Shown here: in pieces, positions 37,401 to 47,400 of the stretch
Numbering within the stretch: position 1 is the first letter of the stretch
How the letters are laid out: each line of letters opens with the position of its first letter
IMG/VR virus record: IMGVR_UViG_3300031951_000060
Span: 1-64,000 of that record
Length of the DNA: 64,000 bases
Strand: one strand, 5' to 3'
Origin: a virus
Program-made: the position numbers and the translations under genes
The notes under the pieces: model-generated
What the model was told of the DNA's origin: nothing
The model's database searches: none
The model's input: only the letters and a program-made list of their open reading frames with translations

Positions 37401-40400
37401 AGAAATTATTAAGGAAATTGATAGAGTCCTTCCTAGACTAAAAAATACTATTGCAAAATTTGATTTAAATCCAGCAGAACAAATAGTTTATCAAAATATG
37501 ATAAAGAGGCTAGAGGATGGACGAAAGGTAGATTGGTCAAAACTACACTCAATTCATTCTAAGGCTGGAGAGTCAATTAAAAAACTTGAGGTCGGTCAAA
37601 ATAAAAAAACATATCAAGATGTTATAGATGCTCAAACTAAAAAGTTTGCCTTGGGCAATTTTGAAGAATTAAAGTCAGATCCAACTTCTAAAAATCAAAT
37701 AGATACAATTGTAAAAAGATTGGCAAAAGACTCAGTCGATGAATTAGAAAAATTAAAAACTTCTAATCCTAAACAGTATGACTTAATCACAGACTTATTA
37801 CGTAAAAAGAAAATAAATAATGTTACACAGCATGATTTGCTCAAATTTGTTAAAGATGAAATGGTATATAAAGATGGATTATATTATGATAAAAAGTCTA
37901 TTGAGGCAGGAACTACTCCAGCATCTGCAGGAAAGACATACGAGCAAGTCAGGAAAAATGTTTTATACAGACTTGGGCTTTTAGAAAAAGATGGTCAATT
38001 CTCTAATATTAAAAAAATGACTGTATCAAAACTTAGATTTGATATGAGTCCTACTGATAAAAAGAGTGGTGGATGGAAACAGTCTATACCAAAAGATTCT
38101 TTATTGTATAAAGTTTTAAGTGCAGAAGAAAAAAGATTTAAAGAAGAAAATGCTGCACAAGGGAAAAAGACTGACCCACTAAGATCCGTTAAAGAAACAA
38201 TGAAGGCTCTTGGATACACAGATAAAGAGATTGCCTATCAGTTAAGACCAGAACTTTCTCATATATCAAAAACTGGTGAATCTGGAAGAGGTGCAGAAAA
38301 ATGGCTTAAGGGTACTGCATTATTTGATGCCAGGTTATTAAATAACTACATGAATACTGAAAAACGAGCCACAAATATTTTAGATTGGAACGACCAAAAT
38401 AAGAATCCGTTAGGATTAACAAGAGATCAAATTAAAACATTCAGAAGTGCTGCAGACTTTATGTCAACTCAAACTCATCCAACAACAGAAGCACAGGTTA
38501 GGCTTGTTCGTTCTGCAACACAACTTGATATGATTGCTGAAGATTATTTAAATAAGCAACCAAGAAAGCCAAAGAAGTTCCCAGACCTAGGACAGGTTAG
38601 ACAGTCAAGAGCATTGGCACAATTAATTGATGATAGGCTTGGAACTAGATATTATGATAAATGGATACCTAAGTTTAATTTGCCAAGTGGTCCCGCAAAG
38701 TCTCAAAATGTTTTGGTTAATCCAAATAAAGAATATATGGTTGATACAAAAACTGGAGCAATTACTAAATTAAATATTTCAAACACAGGAAGTAGGCCTC
38801 TAGGCGCTGTTGCTGATACAGGTAATACAAATGATAGAAGAGTAGTTACAGAAACTGCTACAAGAAGAGTTGCTACTGCAGGACAGGCCCGTGCATTTGC
38901 AGGAAGAACTCCTTTTGTCATGCCTGGCAGGGAAGGTGGAGATCCTAGACTTAGTAAAAATGCTCAAGGTCGTGTACAGAAGGCTGTTCAGGATCAACAA
39001 AGACTGTTGAGATCTCAAAATAAATTTACAGAGCAACAAATTAGAGATGCTCTAAAAAGATTTAGACAAGTAAAAATACAAGAAGAATTGGCTGCTGCTA
39101 ATGCACGAAAGAAGGCTCAATTAGACAGGGAAGAAATACGTAATCGTCAAACAAAACAGATTAGCGAAAAGCAAAAAGCAAAACAAGAAAGAGCAGAGCG
39201 TAAAGCAATCAGGCAAGAAAAGGTAGGAAGGTTCTCTGGAGGGGCCTCAATGGCCCTAGGAACTGCTGGTATGGCTGCAATGATGTCTGGCAATGCTGGA
39301 ATGGGTATGGGGCTTATGGGGGCTTCAGCAGTGGCTGGTATGGCTCCAATGCTTGCTGGCATGGGGCCAGTTGGATGGGCCGTCACTGGTGTAACTGCTG
39401 CTGCTGGAGCATTTTATTTAGCAGATAAGGCAGCACAAAAAGCAGCAGAGTCTCAATCTAAATATGTTGATTCTATAACCGCTACAACTGAAAAAATGTC
39501 TCAGGTTGGACAACTTACAAATAAGGTCGGGGCCAGCGAAATATATTCTAGAAAGAGACAAACCTCTGCTGCGGATAGGTATACCACTGGTTTTGAAAGA
39601 GGAAAAGAGCAATTTGGCGAAACATTTATAGAAAGCGAAGTAGGAAAATCAGTTTTTGAAGGGTTTAAAAAGAATCTAACTTTGGGCGGTATAGATGCTG
39701 TTAAAGCAATATCGGTACAGTTAGCAGCATATGTGTCTGATGGAGTTATGACTGCAGAGCAAGCACATAGTGTTGCGTCACAAATTGGAATTGAACTAAA
39801 TAATACAACACTAATTTCTCAAATTAGTGGCCAACTATTAGACCTTATTGGTCCAGAAGGGCAGAATTTAATTACAGATCCTTTAACAGTTAGAATGAAC
39901 TTGGTTCAGGCACAAATGGATCTTGCACAATCTGGAAATAAGAATTTGATGGAAGAATTTGCTAAGAGTGGCATCAATGAAGATTCATGGGCGTGGATTA
40001 CAGATATGTTTGTTGAGACAGACTATGATAAAATGTCTTCTCAACTAGCAGCAATTAATACTCAAAATCTTGAATTAAATTTGGCTCAACAAGATTCATT
40101 ATCTAAGCAGTATGATACTGAACTTAAAAAGTTGCAGGCACAAAAGGCAGCAACTACAGATAAGGCAAAACAAAAGAAAATTGATGATGAAATAGAGAAT
40201 GTAGAAAAAAGAAGGCAATCTGGGCTAGAGGCACTCAGGGCAAAAAATAAAGAAATTTTAGATGATCAACTTAAAACATATAATATTGCAAGTCAAAATT
40301 CTTCTTTAAAGAATGCATTTTTTGATTCTCTAAATGCACAAGTAAAAACTAAATATGAGGGCAATCCTTTTCTTGATTCATTTTTAGATAAATCGGCAGG

Positions 40401-43400
40401 ACTAAAGTCAGAAGAACTAGAAGTAAAGATTAAAACAATAGTTGCTGCAGGCGATCTTGGGGTAGAAAGTGGACAAAGAATAATTGAAATTTTTGGAGAT
40501 GATGAAGAAGGTCTAGAAACAACTTTAGATCTTGCATTAACTAAACATGATCCAGGGTCGGTCACACAATTAATCAATGGTTTGGGTGGAGTTGAAAATG
40601 AAGTAGCCAAAAAAGTTTTAGTTGATGTTATGAGTAAAGATCCTAAAGAATTTGACAAGACAGCATCAGCCATAGCATTGGTACAAAAAATGGCTGGAAA
40701 AGAAATAAACATTGACACATTTTTCTCTAATAAAGATGCAGATGGAAATGAGATTGATCCTCTTGCTAAACTTAATGATTTGACAAAATCTTTAGAGGCT
40801 GTTGAGCAAATTGAAACCCCTATTACAAAAACAGCCCTAATTCAAATGAAAGAGGTTGGTGGCGTATCTTTAGACGGAATTCTGCCATTATGGGATCAAT
40901 GGGAAAATCTACCAGATGAAACTAAAAAGACTGTGCTACAAGAATATGTAACTGTATATAAGACTATTACAGAGGGTGACGTAGATGCTGAAATTAAAAA
41001 GAGGGTAGCAGCAGCAGGTGGCGGTGACACGGTTCAAAGATATTACTCAACTGAAGGAGCCAGAGAATCTGTAAGGCAGCAACTTGCTGGAGCAAGAACT
41101 ATGCAGCAGGTTAACCAAGATATTGCATCAGCAGAATCTAAAATAACAGACGATGACGGTGGTGGAGGCAAAAAAGAAGATCCATATGAATGGTTGCTTA
41201 CAAGATTAAAGAATGTTAGAAATGCAGCAATAAATGCTGCTGGAGGACTTGGCGAATTAAATAAGGCATTAGCAAAATCAGGCTCTAAGTCAGTAAAAAA
41301 TAAATTTATGGGTATAGAGCAGCAATTAATGGGTATGAATATGAATAGACAATTCATAGACTGGGTTACTGGCATGGATCCAAAAGAGCAGGCTAAGTAT
41401 GTTAAAACTGCTACAAAGAAAAATGTTAATCCGTTTACTGGTAAAAAAGAAAAAGGCATTAAAGTTGGACAAACTGTTCTAAGTTCTCAGGCTAAGAAAT
41501 ATGAAAAAGGACTTGATGCTGCAATAGTTGGAGACTTTAATGTTGCACAACAAAGAACACTGGATAATATTAAATATCAAGAACAAGCATATAGAAAGTT
41601 AGTTGCTGCTGGATATGATAATTTAACAATTCAGAGAATTCTTGAAGATGAGTATATGACTCAGCAAATTGCAATAGGACAAATAACTAAGGAAGAATTA
41701 ACAACAAATGCAGAATTAACAAAGCAGGTTTCAATTAGACAAAGAATTAATGGGTTAATCTCAAACGGACGAGATGCTTTACAACAACAAGCAAACATTA
41801 AACAAATACCAGATGTTGTAAAGTTTTTTGAAAAAATGTCTAAAGAAGGAATGACCCTTTCATCTGGAGCATTAACTAGTTTGATAGGAGATCCAGAGCA
41901 ACTATCAGGAGCAATTGCTGCCATGGAAGATTATGAAAGTGGTGCAGAGGGGGCAAGAGATAGACTTAAAGAGATTGTAGATGGACTTAATGCTATTAAG
42001 GCAAATTCTGATATTAAGATAGTGATAGACTATGTGCAAAAAAATCTTGCAGAAAAGGCACAGGCTGGAAAAGAAGCAGCAGAAAGAGTTCTCTCTGCAA
42101 AACGCAGCATATACTCAAACTTAACAGTTGGAGAACTTGGTGCTCAAACTGTAAAAAATCCTCTAACTGGAAATATAACTCAGGTAGGCAAATTAGCGCA
42201 AGCAAAAGTTAATGCACGATTTGCTACTTCTGCTGGTGGCCCAGGAGTCCCAACTAATATTGCTGGTCAGACACTTTCTGGAGTTCAAAAGCAAAGAGAA
42301 GAACTCGCAAGAAGAATGCAGGCTGTTCAGTTAAAGACAAGAGATATTCAGTCAAGATATTCCTCAGCACAGGACGACTTATCAAAGGCTCAAGATAATT
42401 TAGAAAAGGCATTAGATGCTGTCGATACCAAATATGATGGATTAATTGAAACTCAAAAAGATAAGATTGATTCTATAGAAGAGCAAATAAAAACTCAATT
42501 TGATGATAAGATTACTGTACTAAATAAAGAAAGTGGTAAGTTAAGTAATGATCTTGCCATTATGGATAATTTAGCAGAAAAAATTAATACCAAATATGAC
42601 AAGCAAATTGAGGCTTTGCAAAAGGTTAGTGATATAAATCAAGATATTGCAAATAGCCAAAGACAGCAATTAGATTTAGCAGATGCCCTGTCTCAAGGCG
42701 ATATTGCTGCTGCTGCCCGTGCAGCACAAGAAATGAGAGCAAGTTCATCGGAGTCTATGCTTAATGCTCAAATGTCTGGGCTTGATCAGGCTAGACAAAG
42801 AGAGTTAGGTGCACTTCGTGGCGCAGAATCTGGAATGACAAGAGAGCAAATATCTGAACGTCAATTCCAAATAACTCAAGAGATATATAGATTAGAAAAT
42901 GATCCAGCACGTTTGTTATTAGAGCAACAACTACAGGCTGCTCAAGCAGAAATAACTAGACTAGAAAAAGAAAGAGTAGTAGAACTTGACAAAGCCAGAG
43001 TTTTAAATGAAAAAGCAATTGCTGATGCACAAGCATTAGTTGATAAGATTAAAATAGAATTAGAAGATCAAAATAAGATTTTGGCTACACTAGAAAAACA
43101 AGACTTAGAGTTGGAGTCGCAAGAAACATACTTGCAATCAATAGTTGATGAGGCGATTGCATTAGATGATAGCACAGGAATGACTCTTGAAAAGTGGGAA
43201 GAGACGATAACTAAGTTAATTGACGTAGAGGCTTTGGCACAAGATTATGCAATTGCTTTGGCTGCAGCCGAAGATTCAGCAGCCGCAGCAGACGCATCTT
43301 GGCAGAGTATTTTAACTACCATCAATTCTATACCAGAAAGTGTAACAACTACACATATCATTAATGAAATTAGAAACATTACTGAAAATATTACACAATA

Positions 43401-43836
43401 TGTTCATACTGTTTATACCAGCAGTGGGAATACTGGTGGCAATAACGGTGGCAATAACGGTGGTAATAATGGAAATAGCGGATCAACTGGAAACAACTCT
43501 GGCGGAGGCGGAGGAGACTTTGGACTTACCTTCATGTCAACTGGTGGAATAGTTAAGGCAAAATACTTTGCAAATGGTGGAAGGCCATTAGGTAGTGATA
43601 TTGTTCCAGCAATGTTGACGCCAGGTGAATTCGTTATGAGCAGATATGCGGTTGAAAAGTATGGGCTAGACACTATGAAGGCAATAAATGGCGGAGAAAT
43701 GTCAGGCGACTCAGTGTATAATTATAGTATTAACGTAAATGTTAAGTCTGATGCTAATCCTGATGAAATTGCTAGAGCAGTAATGACACAGATTAAACAG
43801 GTAGATTCAAAGAAACTTAGGGGAGCACGTATATAA
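34453..43836 (+). CDS. Tape measure protein with inserted cargo domains
   Basis: 3127 aa; TP901-type core (EGGINASEGANALKSGL...AIEQLFGK), hydrophobic segments, long coiled coils, two D.VPAML.P.E.V motifs. Confidence 0.9.
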   Translation: MADVNSNININFNTADALAQLRRLQAGLSRFHQSLAEGNLAAANAQKGLNAQLVQAIGATGKFAVSQAKVASSTMAFTTALEKNKFSLREYYRYSMAAATANTRVLGKAFAQEREIINRARRDRVKALQAQYIQMSKAQGGFIDAMRVMPRTLMMANGRFTELGTRIQYAAQRQQFLNQLLKQGSTQLLNFGKNTQWAGRQLMVGLTIPLMMLGGYASKAFRELEQATLKFRRVYGDAFTNDTEVEAAVQNIRKLADEFTKYGVAVKDTVEMAATAAAAGFSGRALEEQVKTATKLAVLGQVEQQQALETTISLQNAFGLSTEELAEKINFLNAVENQTVVSIEDLTIAIPKAAPVVKQLGGSVEDLAFFLTAMKEGGINASEGANALKSGLASLINPTKKASAMLKDMGINITGIVEANKGDIKATVVGFARALDTLDPLNRARAIEQLFGKFQFARLSTLFQNVTKEGTQAARAFDLAGASVEELAILSEREMKKVEESVGVKFQAAVEQFKQDIMPLGKAFLEAVTPIVKFFGSLFEKFNKLSDNTKKVIAIIVGVVAGLGPIVLMTFGLLANGLANLIKLFATIRGGIAKLNGQTNILGAGFNYVTQEQLEQQAASQALHNTHTRLVEIFNVEKSAALQLAAAYSSLSSQMRNMAAQNPALFAGGMRGAAGAVSKLPKSPKGYEDGIISVPGPKGAGDVVPAMLSPEEAVIPSDRAKKYRGLITAIFQDKVPGFMAGRLPWGNAHPIKQSGAINIGMPKSFKDVTQSRQIADQIDKTVKSGKFGSMPPTDFGTLIQPFSGRSFPIRGVGGVYRKPNGELVVVKPTMDEKTALAELRATQIAREAHGLIAPKQSIKTMIDPTDATGKRKIIVLESPYDPRIAEATGKFTKKDMISQLVASTLRADKDLSQSNVSGKVLADVGTAGVFDRASGFRDFAKALPSMEEQAMINLLGVKGGAKKFFAQQTSGIAAKMSPKQYNEEIIKEIDRVLPRLKNTIAKFDLNPAEQIVYQNMIKRLEDGRKVDWSKLHSIHSKAGESIKKLEVGQNKKTYQDVIDAQTKKFALGNFEELKSDPTSKNQIDTIVKRLAKDSVDELEKLKTSNPKQYDLITDLLRKKKINNVTQHDLLKFVKDEMVYKDGLYYDKKSIEAGTTPASAGKTYEQVRKNVLYRLGLLEKDGQFSNIKKMTVSKLRFDMSPTDKKSGGWKQSIPKDSLLYKVLSAEEKRFKEENAAQGKKTDPLRSVKETMKALGYTDKEIAYQLRPELSHISKTGESGRGAEKWLKGTALFDARLLNNYMNTEKRATNILDWNDQNKNPLGLTRDQIKTFRSAADFMSTQTHPTTEAQVRLVRSATQLDMIAEDYLNKQPRKPKKFPDLGQVRQSRALAQLIDDRLGTRYYDKWIPKFNLPSGPAKSQNVLVNPNKEYMVDTKTGAITKLNISNTGSRPLGAVADTGNTNDRRVVTETATRRVATAGQARAFAGRTPFVMPGREGGDPRLSKNAQGRVQKAVQDQQRLLRSQNKFTEQQIRDALKRFRQVKIQEELAAANARKKAQLDREEIRNRQTKQISEKQKAKQERAERKAIRQEKVGRFSGGASMALGTAGMAAMMSGNAGMGMGLMGASAVAGMAPMLAGMGPVGWAVTGVTAAAGAFYLADKAAQKAAESQSKYVDSITATTEKMSQVGQLTNKVGASEIYSRKRQTSAADRYTTGFERGKEQFGETFIESEVGKSVFEGFKKNLTLGGIDAVKAISVQLAAYVSDGVMTAEQAHSVASQIGIELNNTTLISQISGQLLDLIGPEGQNLITDPLTVRMNLVQAQMDLAQSGNKNLMEEFAKSGINEDSWAWITDMFVETDYDKMSSQLAAINTQNLELNLAQQDSLSKQYDTELKKLQAQKAATTDKAKQKKIDDEIENVEKRRQSGLEALRAKNKEILDDQLKTYNIASQNSSLKNAFFDSLNAQVKTKYEGNPFLDSFLDKSAGLKSEELEVKIKTIVAAGDLGVESGQRIIEIFGDDEEGLETTLDLALTKHDPGSVTQLINGLGGVENEVAKKVLVDVMSKDPKEFDKTASAIALVQKMAGKEINIDTFFSNKDADGNEIDPLAKLNDLTKSLEAVEQIETPITKTALIQMKEVGGVSLDGILPLWDQWENLPDETKKTVLQEYVTVYKTITEGDVDAEIKKRVAAAGGGDTVQRYYSTEGARESVRQQLAGARTMQQVNQDIASAESKITDDDGGGGKKEDPYEWLLTRLKNVRNAAINAAGGLGELNKALAKSGSKSVKNKFMGIEQQLMGMNMNRQFIDWVTGMDPKEQAKYVKTATKKNVNPFTGKKEKGIKVGQTVLSSQAKKYEKGLDAAIVGDFNVAQQRTLDNIKYQEQAYRKLVAAGYDNLTIQRILEDEYMTQQIAIGQITKEELTTNAELTKQVSIRQRINGLISNGRDALQQQANIKQIPDVVKFFEKMSKEGMTLSSGALTSLIGDPEQLSGAIAAMEDYESGAEGARDRLKEIVDGLNAIKANSDIKIVIDYVQKNLAEKAQAGKEAAERVLSAKRSIYSNLTVGELGAQTVKNPLTGNITQVGKLAQAKVNARFATSAGGPGVPTNIAGQTLSGVQKQREELARRMQAVQLKTRDIQSRYSSAQDDLSKAQDNLEKALDAVDTKYDGLIETQKDKIDSIEEQIKTQFDDKITVLNKESGKLSNDLAIMDNLAEKINTKYDKQIEALQKVSDINQDIANSQRQQLDLADALSQGDIAAAARAAQEMRASSSESMLNAQMSGLDQARQRELGALRGAESGMTREQISERQFQITQEIYRLENDPARLLLEQQLQAAQAEITRLEKERVVELDKARVLNEKAIADAQALVDKIKIELEDQNKILATLEKQDLELESQETYLQSIVDEAIALDDSTGMTLEKWEETITKLIDVEALAQDYAIALAAAEDSAAAADASWQSILTTINSIPESVTTTHIINEIRNITENITQYVHTVYTSSGNTGGNNGGNNGGNNGNSGSTGNNSGGGGGDFGLTFMSTGGIVKAKYFANGGRPLGSDIVPAMLTPGEFVMSRYAVEKYGLDTMKAINGGEMSGDSVYNYSINVNVKSDANPDEIARAVMTQIKQVDSKKLRGARI

Positions 43837-44492
43837 TGGCAACATCTCAATACATGTCTGGTAGGAAAAAGTATCAAAGACCGCAGGCAATGCTTTGGTC
43901 TGAGAATTCTGGTACCCTAATTAACGGTGTTTATGTACCAAATGGGCTAGAGATAGGTCAAGATCCAGGTTCTGAATCTGATCAGTCTGTTTATGATCAA
44001 TTTTTAATATTATCAGATGATAACAGGAGTTCTATTGACTTTACCCCAACAAGAATAGAAACAAGAGAAAGAATGATTAATGGTCGTATGAGATCATATC
44101 ATGTTGCAGATAAATTAACTATTAATACATCTTGGAATATGCTTCCTTCAAGATCATATTTTACATCTCCAGATTTCAATGCAACTACTGGAATTTCTCC
44201 ACATAATGGATATGGTAGCCCAACGGGGGCTGATTTGCAATACACTACAGATGGTGGAGCAGGAGGAGTTGAGATATTAGATTGGTATGAAAATCACCAA
44301 GGCCCTTTTTGGGTATATCTTGCATATGATAAATATTCTAATTTTAATAAAGACTCTAATCCATATGCACATTTACCACAATACAATCAATTAATACAAA
44401 TGTATTTTTCTGATTTTAATTATAGTGTTGTAAAGCGTGGCGGAACTAATTTTGATTTCTGGAATATAAGTGTAACACTGGAAGAGGTATAA
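43836..44492 (+). CDS. Distal tail protein (Dit-like)
   Basis: First gene after the tape measure; RERMINGRMRSY and WNISVTLEEV patterns. Confidence 0.6.
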   Translation: MATSQYMSGRKKYQRPQAMLWSENSGTLINGVYVPNGLEIGQDPGSESDQSVYDQFLILSDDNRSSIDFTPTRIETRERMINGRMRSYHVADKLTINTSWNMLPSRSYFTSPDFNATTGISPHNGYGSPTGADLQYTTDGGAGGVEILDWYENHQGPFWVYLAYDKYSNFNKDSNPYAHLPQYNQLIQMYFSDFNYSVVKRGGTNFDFWNISVTLEEV

Positions 44493-47400
44493 TGTTTCAG
44501 GCTGAAGAATTAAAATTACATTTAGAGAGTTCTTCAACAATAAGAACTCAAACCGCCATTATCGCTGAATGGAATATGAATATAGCAAACAACATATTCA
44601 GAATTGGCAACTATAGATATAGGCCATCATCAGACTCATCTGATAAATATAAAATAATTCCAAATACTTTTGACGTTAATGATCTTGGCAATTTCTATAC
44701 TGGTGCAACAGATGCCGATATCATAATAGATGGCGGAGTTAGTCCAGAAGACAATGATCAGCCATGGTTTTTATTTCCACAAAATAAAAAAAATAAAATG
44801 TTGTATTCGCTAGAAGATTGTTTTAAAAAATTTAGACCAAGATCTGGAATTAATAAGGCTGTTTATTTTCCAGGAAGAAAACTACACCATTCTAATCTAA
44901 ACATGTCTAATCGCCCCAGATACTACATGGCAGACAAAAATGATAACTTTAAATATTGGACATCTTTTAGAACAGATAGTGGTACATTAAGGGGCATAGC
45001 AAACAAGCCTTTGAACGGGCAGCAGTATATAGATGATGCCGCACCATTTGTTGTGTATGATAACCCAGTACCATCTAATAGGGTCATTATAAAAATGCAA
45101 ACAAATGTTGGCTCAGTTGACCTGGGTCCCTTCTCAAACTCCTCTGGTTCATTTTCAGATCCCTTGTATGGAGAGCAAAATAAGACAACTCCAGTTAAGT
45201 GGAAAGTTCAATCTCTACAAAATAATAATTGGGTGGATATTATTAGTTTTAATTCTGGCAGTAGAAGAAGAAATGGTACACCGATTATTAAAAGTGACGG
45301 ATATGTAGAACTATCTTATGGGCTAAAGGTTCCTGAAAAGTATCGTGATTATTTTGTTCGTGCTGAAGAATATACACATGAAGATTTTCTGCCAGAAAAA
45401 TCAATAAACGGATATGCATATTTAATTAAGGAAAATGAAGAAGATCTTGGCGTTTATCATATATGGTTTAATAGCGCATGGGAAACTTTTACGCCAGAAT
45501 ATGGGTGGCTTTTAGAAGAAGAAACAGTAGATAGACTAACAAATTTTGTTACAAATTTTGTAGACCCATTTAAATTTATATCTGATTCAGATGGAAGATC
45601 TATATTCCGTGAATTTGAATATATAAAAGGGCTAAGAATTGTAGTCGATACAATGAACAAAGTAGACTCTACTTTCGATCTTATTGAACTTTCTCCAAGA
45701 CTTTCTGCCGATATTACAGATACTGTGGTTGGTTTCGATGTATCAAAGACTGCCTCTGATTTAGGGGCAAGTGGCTTGCCAGTTGGACAATTACTGGCAT
45801 CAACTGGTACTATTAATATATTTGATTATAATAATTCATTTAATGAAAATAATACTAATAGCATAATTAGTCCTTATACCTCTCAAAACATCCAGATTAA
45901 GTTTTATGATGTTGTTGTTAATGTAGATGGTTATGATTACTTTGTACCCATCAAAACCATGTATTCAGAAGGATTTCCCTCATATTCTCATTCTGACAGG
46001 AAAGTAGATTTAACCCTTAGAGATTTATACTTTTATTTTGAATCATTAAAGGCACCAGAAATGTTAGTGACCAATGTTTCTTTGAGTTATGCTATCTCTT
46101 TGTTGTTAGATTCTGTAGGCTTTTCTAATTATGTTTTTAAGCGGATCAATGGAGAAAAAGAGTTAATTATTCCTTTTTTCTATATACCACCAGACAAAAC
46201 AGTTGCAGAAATACTAAATGATTTAGCAATTTCTAGTCAAACTGCTATGTTTTTTGATGAATATAATAATTTTGTTATGATGAGTAAAAATTATATGTTG
46301 CCAGATGTATCACAAAGAGATATAGACATAACTTTGCGTGGTTCTGACGACTTTATAGACTCTGGAGTTATTGAGAATAAAAATAAAAATATTTCTTTGA
46401 CTAACATTGTAGACATTTCATCTGAGGATAGGAATGTATATAATGATGGGGTAATTAACTATAGCACAAGATATATCCAAAGATCATACGGAAGCATTAA
46501 GCAAGCCTCAATGATAGATAATGAGGTCGCTGCAAAAAATTGGATATATAAACCAGCCCTTCTATGGGAAGTTTCTGGAGATCAGAATATAAGATCAATC
46601 AATAATGAGGTAAGTGATCAATCATCATATAACTTAGCGGCGATTCCGCTAAACTCAAATTTAACCTCTGCAGTTCCAGAGGTAGTTGGAAATAGACTAA
46701 CTAACAATGTAATAGACTTGGGCGAAGCAGTATATTGGCTTGGAAGATATAACGGATATCTTTACGCAAATGGTGAAATAATTAAATTTGATGCCGTTCA
46801 GTATAATATACCTGGAGCAGAAAAAAATATTATTAAAGAAGAATTAAATGGTACCATATCCTACACAACGCAAACTGTTGGGGCGGTAGGGAATGTCTGG
46901 ATTAGTAGTAACCAAGAGTACCAAGACTATATGTCAAAATTAGTGTTTAATGGAAAGATTTATCCAACAGGTCTTGTTCGTATATATGCGGAGCCAAAGT
47001 ATGAAGACATTAACGGTATAACTGTAATGAAAAATGGACCAGTTACAACACATGGTCGTGGACAATTTGGCACAGAGATTGTTGAGCACAGCGCTGGCTT
47101 ATCCAATGAATGGAAGAGCGACTCTTTTGTTCGTGGTGTTAATATGGAAAGTAAGCATTTATTTGGTTTGACTAATGGAGATATTTTAGATAATTCTGCT
47201 ATTGCGTCAAAGTCTTTGACAACGGGGGTTGCTGGAGCAAATAACACAAAAGCAAAAGATAATACTAGAAGTAGTATTATTAAAAACTTTTTGTCATATT
47301 CATATTTAAATGAGTCACAAAATAATACAAATAAATCGACACAGGCTGGATCAGTTCAATCTTCAGCATTAGTTATGGCTGGACCATCATTTAGTACTAC

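Noticed and set aside
43432-43515. GGNN repeat near the TMP C-terminus as a separate element
   Set aside because: Short Gly/Asn linker inside the TMP reading frame
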